From the UHGV virus genome UHGV-0180138: a stretch of 46,657 nt of DNA; one strand, given 5' to 3'. The translations under genes were made by a program, and so were the position numbers. The DNA comes from a virus. Below the pieces are notes generated by a model. It made no database searches. It was not told the DNA's origin and saw only the letters and a list, made by a program, of their open reading frames with translations. The first letter of the stretch is position 1; the number at the start of each line of letters is the position of its first letter. Positions 23,905-33,226 of the stretch are shown piece by piece.

Positions 23905-25284
23905 ATGCCATCCAATTTAGAATTGGCGGTTAATGCTGCCTTGTCACAACGCCAGGCGGCCTTTGCCCGCTATGCAGCCGCTAACCCATTCACTATGGGG
24001 ATCGACGCTAAACGTAACGCCGCGTGGAGTGAATACGGATTCAAAGAAGAGCTTACCTATACTGATCTATATAAGCTGTATCGTCGCGGTGGTATTGCTC
24101 ACGGGGCCATTGAAAAAATTATCACCACATGCTGGCGCGATAGCCCGGTGCTGATAGAAGGCACTGAAGACGAGAAAGCGGAAACGGAAACACCCTGGGA
24201 AAGAGAAATAAAGAAACAATTCGATAACCGATTCTGGCGTGTTATTGCTGAATGCGATCGCCGTCGCCTGGTTGGTCGTTATGCCGGACTATTGATTCAC
24301 GTCAAAGATAACCAGCCGTGGGATCGTCCAGTAACAAAAGGGGTAGGCATCGCTAAATTCACTCCTGTATGGGCTGGCGCACTAACACCAAAGGACTTCG
24401 ATGAAAACCCGGATAGCGATAACTACGGTCTGCCGACATGGTGGGAATACAAAGAACGCATCAACAGCAAGACCATCGCAAGGAAAATACATCCAGACCG
24501 GATATTTATCTTTGGTGACTATTCTGATGATGCTATCGCTTTCCTTGAGCCATCCTATAACGCTTTTGTTTCGCTGGAGAAAGTGGAAGGTGGTAGCGGT
24601 GAGTCATTCCTGAAGAACGCCGCACGCCAGCTTGCCATCTCATTCGACAAAGAAATTGACTTCCGCTCACTGGCTGCAACGTATGACTGCGACGTCACAG
24701 AGTTACGCGAAAAATTCAATGAAGCCGCAGCGGAAATGAATAAAGGTAATGATGTGATGATGGCGTTACAGGGCGCAACAGTAAGCCCGCTGGTAACTGC
24801 CGTATCTGACCCGTCCGCAACCTATGATGTAAACCTGCAAACCGCCGCCGCTGGTATCGACATTCCAACGCGGATCCTAGTTGGGAATCAACAGGGTGAA
24901 CGAGCATCAACTGAAGATCTCCGCTATTTCAATAACCGATGCATGACCCGCCGCCAGGAAATCGGAGGCGAGCTTGAAGAACTATTCCGCAAACTGGCAG
25001 ACCTACGCCTTACCAGTGAGCCACGCGACATATCAGTGCTATGGGATGACCTCAACGCTATGACCAAAGCCGAACTACTGGAAGCGGCACACAAGATGGC
25101 GCAAATCAATCAGGCATGTCTTGCTACTGGTGAGCAGGTATTCAGCGGTAATGAGATCCGCGAAGCTGCCGGATATGAAGGGCCAACGCAGGAAGTAGAA
25201 GTGGAAGACGAGGACGATAAAGATGAAGATGAAAGTAAAGAGAATAATCAAAAAGATTCCGCCGTCCGCGATAATGCCATCTAA
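23905..25284 (+). CDS. portal protein
   Basis: About 460 aa directly after terL; acidic C-terminus; start set at ATG 23905 with SD AGGAG. Confidence 0.7.
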   Translation: MPSNLELAVNAALSQRQAAFARYAAANPFTMGIDAKRNAAWSEYGFKEELTYTDLYKLYRRGGIAHGAIEKIITTCWRDSPVLIEGTEDEKAETETPWEREIKKQFDNRFWRVIAECDRRRLVGRYAGLLIHVKDNQPWDRPVTKGVGIAKFTPVWAGALTPKDFDENPDSDNYGLPTWWEYKERINSKTIARKIHPDRIFIFGDYSDDAIAFLEPSYNAFVSLEKVEGGSGESFLKNAARQLAISFDKEIDFRSLAATYDCDVTELREKFNEAAAEMNKGNDVMMALQGATVSPLVTAVSDPSATYDVNLQTAAAGIDIPTRILVGNQQGERASTEDLRYFNNRCMTRRQEIGGELEELFRKLADLRLTSEPRDISVLWDDLNAMTKAELLEAAHKMAQINQACLATGEQVFSGNEIREAAGYEGPTQEVEVEDEDDKDEDESKENNQKDSAVRDNAI

Positions 25285-26170
25285 CACCGAAGACCCGACC
25301 ATGACAGGTAAGTTACGGTCGGGAGCTATTAAGCGTTTCAAATCCTGCCTGAAGAAAATAGCCGATCCATATATCGCCATACTGGACAAAATACAATATA
25401 GCCTGGCTGTTAATAAGAAATACACATTCCAGATTTACATGGATGAATTGCACGACATGCTGGAGGACGCCAGCGACATGATTGATGAGATATTCGAGCT
25501 AACCGACCCGGAAAGTTTTTGGTTCTGGCAGGAATACGTGAAGGTCGCGTATCAGCGAGGCACGGCACAGGAATACGCCAACCTTGCTAATCAGTCTGTC
25601 ACTTACTCAAGCGCTTACCCTGATGTATCCGCCGTGCTATCAAGTACAACCTACCGCACGCGCCTTGCCATGGTGCGTACCCGTGTATTTGAAGAAATGC
25701 GCGGGCTGACCGCACAGATCAAAAAGGATATGGCCCGGCGATTAACTGAAGGCATGGCCCGTGGTTTAAATCCACTGGAAATAGCGCGCATATTGAATCA
25801 GGAAACGCAATTGCCACTGTACAGGTGCAAACGTATTGCCCGAACTGAAATATGCACAGCGTTACGCACAGCACGTATGGATGAGGCCGAAGCGGCGACA
25901 GAAGAATTTAATCTGCGCACTATGCAAATGCACATTTCGGCATTATCACCGACTACCAGGCTATCGCACGCGCAGCGGCACGGGAAAACATACACCATAG
26001 ATGAGCAGCGCGAATGGTGGAGCAGATCCCCAAATTCTATTAACTGCAAATGTAGCACGATTACCGTATTAGTTGACGAAGACGGTAACATATTAAACGA
26101 AAGAATATTAGATCGGGCGCAAGAAAACTATAAAGTTGCGCACGCTAAATATGGCGAAGATTGGGAGTAA
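25274..26170 (+). CDS. minor head / head morphogenesis protein (Mu F / SPP1 gp7-like)
   Basis: Position after portal; conserved C-terminal region (RTEICTALRTARMDEA...); start uncertain (25223, 25274 or 25301). Confidence 0.55.
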   Translation: MPSNTEDPTMTGKLRSGAIKRFKSCLKKIADPYIAILDKIQYSLAVNKKYTFQIYMDELHDMLEDASDMIDEIFELTDPESFWFWQEYVKVAYQRGTAQEYANLANQSVTYSSAYPDVSAVLSSTTYRTRLAMVRTRVFEEMRGLTAQIKKDMARRLTEGMARGLNPLEIARILNQETQLPLYRCKRIARTEICTALRTARMDEAEAATEEFNLRTMQMHISALSPTTRLSHAQRHGKTYTIDEQREWWSRSPNSINCKCSTITVLVDEDGNILNERILDRAQENYKVAHAKYGEDWE

Positions 26171-26174
26171 AACC

Positions 26175-27443
26175 GTGAGTAAAGAACTGATTCAGGTTAA
26201 TACCAAATTAACCGCTAATACAATCCGCCGTGAAACGTATAACGGGCGGGAGCATATTGTTGTTCCGTCATATACGCTGCCATTCAATATTGTTATGAAT
26301 CGCGAGTATTACCCGGAAGCTGAAATTATCGCTAATTACCAGTCACTGGAGGGTACACTTGCCCCGCTGGGCCATCCTACCGTTGACGGTAAATTTGTTT
26401 CCGCATTTAGCCCGGAAGGATTAAACACGGGTTTTTGTGGAGCGTGGAACAGAAACGTTGAATTACGCGGCAATCGTGTTTATGTGGAAAAGTGGGTGGA
26501 TATTGAAACAGCCAGCCACTCAGAACAAGGCCGGGAATTGTTGAGCAGGCTGGAAGCACTGGAGAAAGGAGAAAGCAAGGATCCTATCTGGTCGTCCGTC
26601 GCTGTATATCGTCAACGTATGCCAGCTACTGAAGAGATGAAAGCCCAGGGCGCTGACAGCGTTGTTAAAATTATGTCGATCGATCATGACGCTATTTTGC
26701 TGCATGAGCCGCCAGCCGCCTCACCTGAACAGGGTGTAGGGTTGATGGTTAATACTGACCAGGCGAAACCGTTAATGGCGGTGGCAATGAAAGAAAACAG
26801 CTACCGCACGCTTGAGAAACAATTAACCGACGCGGCGCGGGAATTATTCCCTGATGCCGATTATGTGTACGTGGTGGACTTCACTGATAAAGAGGTGACG
26901 ATCGCCACTAATACTGAAAGTGCTCAAGTTTGCGCATATGAAAAACAGGCTGATAAAATTATTCTCAATAATGGCGAGCTTGCAACCAACGAGGAAAGTA
27001 AATCCTGGTTTGCTCAGTTCGCTGAACACCTTTCTAATCTTTTCTCCCTGAATGAAAAAATTAAGGCCAATAAATCGGAGGACGATCCCATGCCTTTGAC
27101 CAAAGAAGAACGCGCCGAACTGGTAAAAGAAATTAACGAAGGCTTAGCCGCCAATATCGCTAATGCAGTAGCAGAGGCATTAAAACCAGTACAGGCAAGC
27201 GTGGAAGAATTACAGACCAACCAGAAAGCAATTAAAGAAGAAATTGCAGCAAATGCAAATAAAGAAGTAGCAGAAAAACGCGCCGCAGTAGCAAAAGTAC
27301 ACGGCGAAATTGTTGCTAACGCATTAAATGGTGAAGCGTTAGAAGCAATGTTTAAATCCCTGGGTAAAGCAGCGCCGATGGCAACCAACGCAGCAAGCGA
27401 AGGTAAAAAAGGCGAAGTACCAGACTTTAACACTTATTTCTAA
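26175..27443 (+). CDS. scaffolding protein candidate
   Basis: Between minor head protein and capsid genes; C-terminal half alpha-helical, Ala/Glu/Lys-rich; GTG start after SD GGGAG (alternative ATG 26136 or 26151). Confidence 0.5.
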   Translation: MSKELIQVNTKLTANTIRRETYNGREHIVVPSYTLPFNIVMNREYYPEAEIIANYQSLEGTLAPLGHPTVDGKFVSAFSPEGLNTGFCGAWNRNVELRGNRVYVEKWVDIETASHSEQGRELLSRLEALEKGESKDPIWSSVAVYRQRMPATEEMKAQGADSVVKIMSIDHDAILLHEPPAASPEQGVGLMVNTDQAKPLMAVAMKENSYRTLEKQLTDAARELFPDADYVYVVDFTDKEVTIATNTESAQVCAYEKQADKIILNNGELATNEESKSWFAQFAEHLSNLFSLNEKIKANKSEDDPMPLTKEERAELVKEINEGLAANIANAVAEALKPVQASVEELQTNQKAIKEEIAANANKEVAEKRAAVAKVHGEIVANALNGEALEAMFKSLGKAAPMATNAASEGKKGEVPDFNTYF

Positions 27444-27459
27444 TTAAAAGGGGATCACA

Positions 27460-27888
27460 ATGTTTCGTTTTCGTCGTGTAAATATTGATGGCAAGTCAAT
27501 TACCGAAACCTATGCAGCCAATGAGGCGGTGAAGCCTGGTGAACTGGTTAAACTGGCTGAAGGTAAATTCGCTAAAGCAGCCCTTGCAGATGTTGGCAAG
27601 GCCCAACTTTTCATCGTTAACCCGGCATTCCATGAAGGCAAAACCATTGCTGATGAAATTGCTAAAGGCGCAACCGTTGTTGCTGATTATGTGGAGCAGG
27701 GCCGTGAGTTTGCTCTTCGTGTCCCTGCCGCAGCATACAAAAAGGGGGCAGCTATCGCTTTCACGGCTACTGGCGTCAAGCTGTTTACCGAGCCACTTGA
27801 GTCAGCACCCGCAGATCCGATTGTCGCATACTGCCAGGAAGACGTAACCCTGGAAGCGGAAGACTTTATCCGCGTTCGCGTCGCTTAA
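27460..27888 (+). CDS. head decoration / accessory capsid protein candidate
   Basis: 142-aa ORF immediately upstream of major capsid gene; assignment by position. Confidence 0.4.
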   Translation: MFRFRRVNIDGKSITETYAANEAVKPGELVKLAEGKFAKAALADVGKAQLFIVNPAFHEGKTIADEIAKGATVVADYVEQGREFALRVPAAAYKKGAAIAFTATGVKLFTEPLESAPADPIVAYCQEDVTLEAEDFIRVRVA

Positions 27889-27904
27889 TTTAAAAGGGGG
27901 AAAC

Positions 27905-28969
27905 ATGTACTTTACTAAAGAAAACCTTGCTACCAACGCCCGTATGCAGGGCCATTGGAAAGAACTGTGGGCGCAACGCAATATCTTCAACGAGCAGCAC
28001 AACGCCATGATTGCAGCAAATCAGGCAAATATGACCGCTGAAATGTTGACCTGTAACGCCGTCGGCGGCTTCGCAAAAGATTTCTGGAAAGAAATCGATA
28101 ACCAGATTATCGAACTGAACACCGAAGAAATCGGTATTGAAATCGTCAACGACCTGATGGGTGTGCAAACCGTACTGCCTATCGGTAAAACGCTGAAAAT
28201 GTACAGCGTATCCGGCGACATCAACGATGAAGTCGTGATGTCTATGGATGGTCAAGCGCCGCACGGCTTTGATCACACCGAATACGGCAGCGATGGCGAC
28301 CCGATCCCGATGTTCGCGGCTGGTTATGGTGTCAACTGGCGTCTTGCTCAAGGTCTGAATACTGTAGGTATCGATCTCGCCCTGGATAGCCAACGCCTGA
28401 AACTGAAAAAATTCAATAAAGCCCGCGTACAGTTCTATCTGAACGGTAACGACAATATCGTGGTAGATGGTCATAAAGCAATGGGTATTAAAAACCACAA
28501 AAACACCCAGCAACTTAAACTGAAATCTGTCGCTAAAATCGACCTGACCACCGCGACTTTCGATAAGATTATTGAATTCTTTACCACTGGTGAGTTCGGG
28601 AAACTGGCCCGCGCCAACTTCGTAGCTAAATACGATGTAATGTGGGTATCGCCAGAAATCATGGCTAACCTGGCACGCCCACACATCGTTAATGGCGCAA
28701 TTGTTGGTAGTGTACTGGATGTTATCAAGCCGTTTGTCCCGGTTGATGATATTCGCCAGACCTATGCGCTGACTGGCAACGAATTTATCGCTTATCAGCG
28801 TAGCCGCAGCGTCATCACCCCGCTGATTGGTATGACCACTGGCGTAGTTCCGTTACCGCGCATGATGCCGACTGATAACTACAACTTCCGCATTATGTCC
28901 GCCGAGGGTCTACAGATCACCTGTGATATGAAAGGTCGTTCAGGTGTGGTCTACGGCAGCAATACCTGA
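27905..28969 (+). CDS. major capsid protein
   Basis: 354 aa; position after scaffold/decoration genes, strong SD AAGGGGGA, followed by strong terminator. Confidence 0.7.
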   Translation: MYFTKENLATNARMQGHWKELWAQRNIFNEQHNAMIAANQANMTAEMLTCNAVGGFAKDFWKEIDNQIIELNTEEIGIEIVNDLMGVQTVLPIGKTLKMYSVSGDINDEVVMSMDGQAPHGFDHTEYGSDGDPIPMFAAGYGVNWRLAQGLNTVGIDLALDSQRLKLKKFNKARVQFYLNGNDNIVVDGHKAMGIKNHKNTQQLKLKSVAKIDLTTATFDKIIEFFTTGEFGKLARANFVAKYDVMWVSPEIMANLARPHIVNGAIVGSVLDVIKPFVPVDDIRQTYALTGNEFIAYQRSRSVITPLIGMTTGVVPLPRMMPTDNYNFRIMSAEGLQITCDMKGRSGVVYGSNT

Positions 28970-28986
28970 TTGATATGTTTCTGTAA

Positions 28987-29017
28987 CTCCCCGGCGCGAT
29001 GCCGGGGAGTTTTTTTG
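28987..29017 (+). terminator. rho-independent terminator after capsid gene
   Basis: CTCCCCGGC-gcgat-GCCGGGGAG followed by TTTTTTT. Confidence 0.75.
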
Positions 29018-29034
29018 TATGTGGAGAAAACAAA

Positions 29035-29421
29035 ATGGTCACTACAGAACAGGCGCGGGAATATCTTGAAAGCCAGGGTATTGACCTGCCAGACATTATC
29101 TTATCTTTGCTGGTGGAGCAGGCAAATAGCGTTAATGAATGCCTTGACGCCAACTATCCGGCCTCCACTGCAACATTGATTCAGCTTTATCTGATTGGAC
29201 TGTTAGGACTCAGCCAGGCTGATAAATACGTCTCATCGCAGACGGGTCCGAACGGTGCAAGCCAGTCATACCGCTATGTCGATTTCAACAAACGATGGAA
29301 GGCGGCCTATTCGTTGCTTTACTCACTTGATAAACATCACTGTACAGCCGAACTAATTCCAGCAGATCCAGAAAACACCGCGCACGCCGGACTGTGGATA
29401 GGTAAAAGCGGGAGGATGTAA
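29035..29421 (+). CDS. head-tail connector / head completion protein candidate
   Basis: ATG 29035 with SD GGAGAAA; positional assignment. Confidence 0.45.
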   Translation: MVTTEQAREYLESQGIDLPDIILSLLVEQANSVNECLDANYPASTATLIQLYLIGLLGLSQADKYVSSQTGPNGASQSYRYVDFNKRWKAAYSLLYSLDKHHCTAELIPADPENTAHAGLWIGKSGRM

Positions 29422-29423
29422 CA

Positions 29424-29609
29424 ATGTGGAACGACCTGACATTACCGGATCCGCTATTGCCGAAACTGTTTACCCGCGTGTGGGTGAAGACAGACACCGG
29501 GCGACAGGTGGCAGCATACCTCAATGATGCTGGTGAATGGGTAATTCTTTGCCCGCGCGTGGCTAAAACCCATCCGAAAATCGTTAAATGGAGCTATGGC
29601 TATGAGTAA
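29424..29609 (+). CDS. hypothetical structural-module protein
   Basis: 61-aa ORF. Confidence 0.45.
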   Translation: MWNDLTLPDPLLPKLFTRVWVKTDTGRQVAAYLNDAGEWVILCPRVAKTHPKIVKWSYGYE

Positions 29610-29970
29610 GATCGCGAGATTCAGCTATAAGGCATTAGTCACCATTTACCCCGTAACGCGTGACGACTGGACAAACTCCGATGTATACGGCGCACCATAC
29701 CTGGTTGATTGCGCATGGGAACGCACGGACGGCACTGCAACAGACGCAAACGGGAATGAGGTTAGCAACACAATAACCGTATATACCGAACTGCTTCATA
29801 ATTTGCAGCCAGTACAGCGCCCGGAAATTGGCTGGATGGTCGCAACTGGTGACACCACTGATATTTCCGACCCGCTGGCGGCAGGCGCGAACGTTATAAC
29901 TGGGATCGTTAAATGGGATATGGGTCTATTTTACGACACGCCGGATTATAAGATCGTGACAGGGGGTTAA
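29596..29970 (+). CDS. head-tail joining protein candidate
   Basis: 124-aa ORF in head-tail junction block. Confidence 0.45.
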   Translation: MAMSKIARFSYKALVTIYPVTRDDWTNSDVYGAPYLVDCAWERTDGTATDANGNEVSNTITVYTELLHNLQPVQRPEIGWMVATGDTTDISDPLAAGANVITGIVKWDMGLFYDTPDYKIVTGG

Positions 29971-29972
29971 TC

Positions 29973-30437
29973 ATGCCTATCAAGGGTGTTAAACGTGTCA
30001 GGGAGCGATTAAAGCAGGAGCTAAAGGAAATCACAGATAAGAAAACTCATGAGGTGTTATGGCGAGTAGGGATGCTGGCTGGTGGCTTCGCGGCGAACAT
30101 GACACCAGTTGATACGGGTTTTTTAATTAACAGCCAATTTCAATATATAGGTGACACGGCGGAGGGTATGCAGTTACGGCTGGGATATACGGCACGTTAC
30201 GCTGAATGGGTGCACAATATGCCAGGCACATTAAAAGGCCAGCCGCGCGAACATTTCGGGAAAACAAATAACCTTTCAGATTTCGGGCCGAAACAGGTAA
30301 TTGAGTTCGGCGGCGGTACTGGCAAGGGTAAATATTGGGATCCAAACGCGGAGCCGGAATTTTTGCGTAAGGCATTCGAAGATCCAAACAACGCCGACGA
30401 TATTTATAAAGAGATTGTAGAAGGTTACAAAGTATGA
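29973..30437 (+). CDS. HK97 gp10-family tail component
   Basis: 154 aa; PVDTGFLINSQ resembles the DTG-L-x-S motif of HK97 gp10 family. Confidence 0.55.
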   Translation: MPIKGVKRVRERLKQELKEITDKKTHEVLWRVGMLAGGFAANMTPVDTGFLINSQFQYIGDTAEGMQLRLGYTARYAEWVHNMPGTLKGQPREHFGKTNNLSDFGPKQVIEFGGGTGKGKYWDPNAEPEFLRKAFEDPNNADDIYKEIVEGYKV

Positions 30438-30820
30438 AACGCAGCGAAGTCTACGACAATATAAGAGACTGGATACAGTCTCACGGATACGATGAGGGCT
30501 ATATTTTGCAGGCCCGTTTCTGGAATGAGCGAAGTAATTCGAATAATGACAGATACATCGTGATCCAGCAGAACGGCGGCGCGGCTGGTGAAGAAGCAAT
30601 AACCCGTGATTATTTCCGCATCCTGGTTATTTCTGCGCGTAATGATGCAAATATAAGTGAAGTGGAAGACCTTGCTGACGCCATCCGTCAAAGTATGTTA
30701 ACAGAATATAAAACTGATAAAATTACACACATGAAGCCAGTAGGCGCTATTCCTGCAATGCAGACAAGAGAAGGGCGCTTTATTTTTACCGTAGCTTTCC
30801 AAACCATCATATCCAGATAA
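30434..30820 (+). CDS. tail completion / terminator protein candidate
   Basis: 128-aa ORF before major tail gene. Confidence 0.4.
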   Translation: MKRSEVYDNIRDWIQSHGYDEGYILQARFWNERSNSNNDRYIVIQQNGGAAGEEAITRDYFRILVISARNDANISEVEDLADAIRQSMLTEYKTDKITHMKPVGAIPAMQTREGRFIFTVAFQTIISR

Positions 30821-30832
30821 GAGGTAATAAAC

Positions 30833-31309
30833 ATGTCTCAGACTTGCGAAAAAGGCGCGTTTTTAGGCCGCGACGTTGCTGTATTCTACGCTATCGCTTG
30901 TCCTAACGCGAAACCTGAAGACAGCACTTATAAAGCGTTAGGCATGATGCGCGGCAAAACACTTTCCGTAGAATGGGAAACCGCAGACGCCACCGCTGAT
31001 AAATCAGCAGACTACACCAAAGAATCACTTGTCACTTACAAATCTGTTTCTTTCTCAGGTGACGGCGTATCCCGTACTGAAGAAATTCATAATCAGAAGG
31101 CACTTAAACGCCACGTTATTAACCCAGGGGAAACAACCGGATCGCAACCTTATGTTTGGCTTAAAATTGTTTCCCCGGCTGATGTAACTGAGGGTCCATT
31201 CCTTTGCACGACCTTTAAAGAGGAAGACCCGAACGATGATGTTTCCACCTGGTCTATTGAGTGTTCAAGTGCTGGTAAGGTGACGGTTGGCGACATCCCC
31301 GCAGCGTAG
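30833..31309 (+). CDS. major tail (tube) protein candidate
   Basis: 158-aa ORF, followed by terminator, upstream of chaperone and tape measure. Confidence 0.55.
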   Translation: MSQTCEKGAFLGRDVAVFYAIACPNAKPEDSTYKALGMMRGKTLSVEWETADATADKSADYTKESLVTYKSVSFSGDGVSRTEEIHNQKALKRHVINPGETTGSQPYVWLKIVSPADVTEGPFLCTTFKEEDPNDDVSTWSIECSSAGKVTVGDIPAA

Positions 31310-31326
31310 CAATAAATATTAACATC

Positions 31327-31350
31327 GGGGCCATCTGGCCCCTTTCTTTT
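31327..31350 (+). terminator. rho-independent terminator
   Basis: GGGGCC-atct-GGCCCC followed by TTTCTTTT. Confidence 0.65.
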
Positions 31351-31362
31351 AAGGCGACAGCT

Positions 31363-32040
31363 ATGATCCATGTTCGAACGGGACAATTTGCTGCTGTGGT
31401 AGACGGAAGGCGGTACGTGTTTAATCCATGCTTCGCTGCGATAGCTAAGATCGGTAGTGACAGCGAACTGGTCGAATACTTCGCAACCATACACGGTGGC
31501 AAATATCCATCACGATTGCCAGCAGATCCAGGCCTACGCAATCGCATTCTGGCGCGGTGTTATGGTGAAATAGTTCAGACATCAATGCACATCCTGAAAT
31601 GTTGCTCAGACGACGAAATAGGCCCGTTATTGGGTGAGTGTAGTTTTACCCCTTCAGGCAAGTTGCGACTAAAACCAGGCTTGATGCCTACTGATGACGT
31701 TATCACGCTGGCGCAGCATTGCATGTACCACGGCTTAATCGGTGACGGGCCGGAAGAAGAGTCCGGAGAAATCCCGGAAGGGGAATATAAGCCGACTTTT
31801 AACGTCCTTGAATTCGTCTATTCTGCCGTTGCTCACCTGGGCTTGTCAGAATCGGAAGCATGGAATATGACAATGACCGGATATAGGGCCGCTGTACGCG
31901 CTAAAACGCCGCCAGACGAAAGAAACGAGAGAAGCAAGCCAAACATTCACATAAATAAACGTGCTTATGACGAGCAAATGGAGGCCGCTAAAAAGGCACT
32001 AGAAAGAATAAAAAATCGTGAGCAAGAAAAAGCCCGGTAG
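31363..32040 (+). CDS. tail assembly chaperone candidate
   Basis: 225-aa ORF between major tail gene and tape measure; no slippery site identified. Confidence 0.4.
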   Translation: MIHVRTGQFAAVVDGRRYVFNPCFAAIAKIGSDSELVEYFATIHGGKYPSRLPADPGLRNRILARCYGEIVQTSMHILKCCSDDEIGPLLGECSFTPSGKLRLKPGLMPTDDVITLAQHCMYHGLIGDGPEEESGEIPEGEYKPTFNVLEFVYSAVAHLGLSESEAWNMTMTGYRAAVRAKTPPDERNERSKPNIHINKRAYDEQMEAAKKALERIKNREQEKAR

Positions 32041-32055
32041 ATCCGGGCGTTTTGC
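32032..32055. terminator. bidirectional terminator hairpin
   Basis: GCCCGG-tagat-CCGGGC with T-run on plus strand and T-rich flank on minus strand; separates convergent genes. Confidence 0.5.
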
Positions 32056-32429
32056 TAATTGAAATCTTTAATTGCTGTACCTGGTGAACTGTGTGTGATT
32101 GTATTGTATACAGACTTTGCCTTACTGCGATCTTTCCATTCTTTTAGGATGCAGTTATCAAACTTTGCGATAACCCTTGAAGGGGATAATTCTTCAACAT
32201 CCATGTAAGTAAATCCTATCGTGCTGGTTACTGAATACCATACGTGATAACTATAATTACCGTCATGCTCGATTCTTTGTGGTTCCCCCATTATTTTATT
32301 CACTTGCTCACAAGTCATTCCAACTTGCAATTTTTTATCAGCTAACTTAACGAAATCAGTTGATCTTGCGCACCCTGTAAGAGCTAAAGCCATAACACCA
32401 ATGAGAACCGCTTTGATTATGTTTTTCAT
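32055..32429 (-). CDS. lipoprotein with BamE/SmpA-OmlA-like domain
   Basis: Signal peptide plus lipobox LTGC; LQVGMTCEQVNKIMGEPQRIE resembles BamE-family motif. Confidence 0.55.
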   Translation of the reverse strand: MKNIIKAVLIGVMALALTGCARSTDFVKLADKKLQVGMTCEQVNKIMGEPQRIEHDGNYSYHVWYSVTSTIGFTYMDVEELSPSRVIAKFDNCILKEWKDRSKAKSVYNTITHSSPGTAIKDFN

Positions 32430-32439
32430 GATTTACCCC

Positions 32440-33099
32440 TTAATTCCAGTTGCAAGCGTTTTTCACTTTGTCGATGTGGTTATAAAGACCATCAATGTTA
32501 AACACCGCTTTCTCAATGTCGCCAGCTTCCGGCACTACTTCAATGATGAATTGTTTTTCGTTAACCATTTTTTTAATCATTGGGATGGCTTTTTTGCCGT
32601 CCCATAATCCAAGAGCTTTATAATTAGTTGACCGTCCCCACTCAGTAGCTACAGCTTTGTGAACGCCGATCCGGTAGTTAATATAAGTAGTGTCCCCGGC
32701 GTCAGTTACATGGTGTGACCATGCTACGAACATTTTTGTTTTATTACCCTGGCAAGCGATTGTTAATACCGGTTTATTCTTATCCTGTGCCTTCAGTGTC
32801 GGGAAAGCATCAAGACTTCCGCTGAATTGTTCTGCTTTCACAAAAAGGAATACGTTTTTTGCGTCCTGCATATCATCTTTTCTTTCAACTACAAGCCACT
32901 GTTTACCAGCATTTTCTTTTTCTAACTGTGCATCGTATGCGGCTTGTTTTGCTTGTTGTTCTGCAAGCCATTTAGCATTTTTCTCTGCTAATGCTTGTTG
33001 TTCTTGATTGGTCACTATAGGCGCTTTTTCATTATCCTCATTGCAACCAACCAGACCCAATACCGCCGCAATCATTGCCACTTTTGCTAACCGTTTCAT
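32440..33099 (-). CDS. lipoprotein (219 aa)
   Basis: Signal peptide plus lipobox LVGC; Gln/Ala/Lys-rich linker then globular domain. Confidence 0.6.
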   Translation of the reverse strand: MKRLAKVAMIAAVLGLVGCNEDNEKAPIVTNQEQQALAEKNAKWLAEQQAKQAAYDAQLEKENAGKQWLVVERKDDMQDAKNVFLFVKAEQFSGSLDAFPTLKAQDKNKPVLTIACQGNKTKMFVAWSHHVTDAGDTTYINYRIGVHKAVATEWGRSTNYKALGLWDGKKAIPMIKKMVNEKQFIIEVVPEAGDIEKAVFNIDGLYNHIDKVKNACNWN

Positions 33100-33146
33100 A
33101 ACCCACCACGCTAACTTGATTTACTGACCTTTCCCTTTGGCTTCCT

Positions 33147-33186
33147 TATACAAAATGGAGTCGTTGAAGTAAAGCCATTTTGTATA
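33147..33186. promoter_or_regulatory. perfect inverted repeat of conserved motif: TATACAAAATGG (33147-33158) / CCATTTTGTATA (33175-33186), 16-bp spacer
   Basis: Direct reading; between leftward lipoprotein genes and rightward tape measure gene. Confidence 0.55.
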
Positions 33187-33226
33187 AAATAGATACACAG
33201 ATCACATTTTTGCATGAGGTTAAATC

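Noticed and set aside
27890-28684. Minus-strand 264-aa ORF
   Set aside because: Antisense to the major capsid gene, which has a strong RBS and terminator; His/Val/Phe-rich composition typical of antisense translation.
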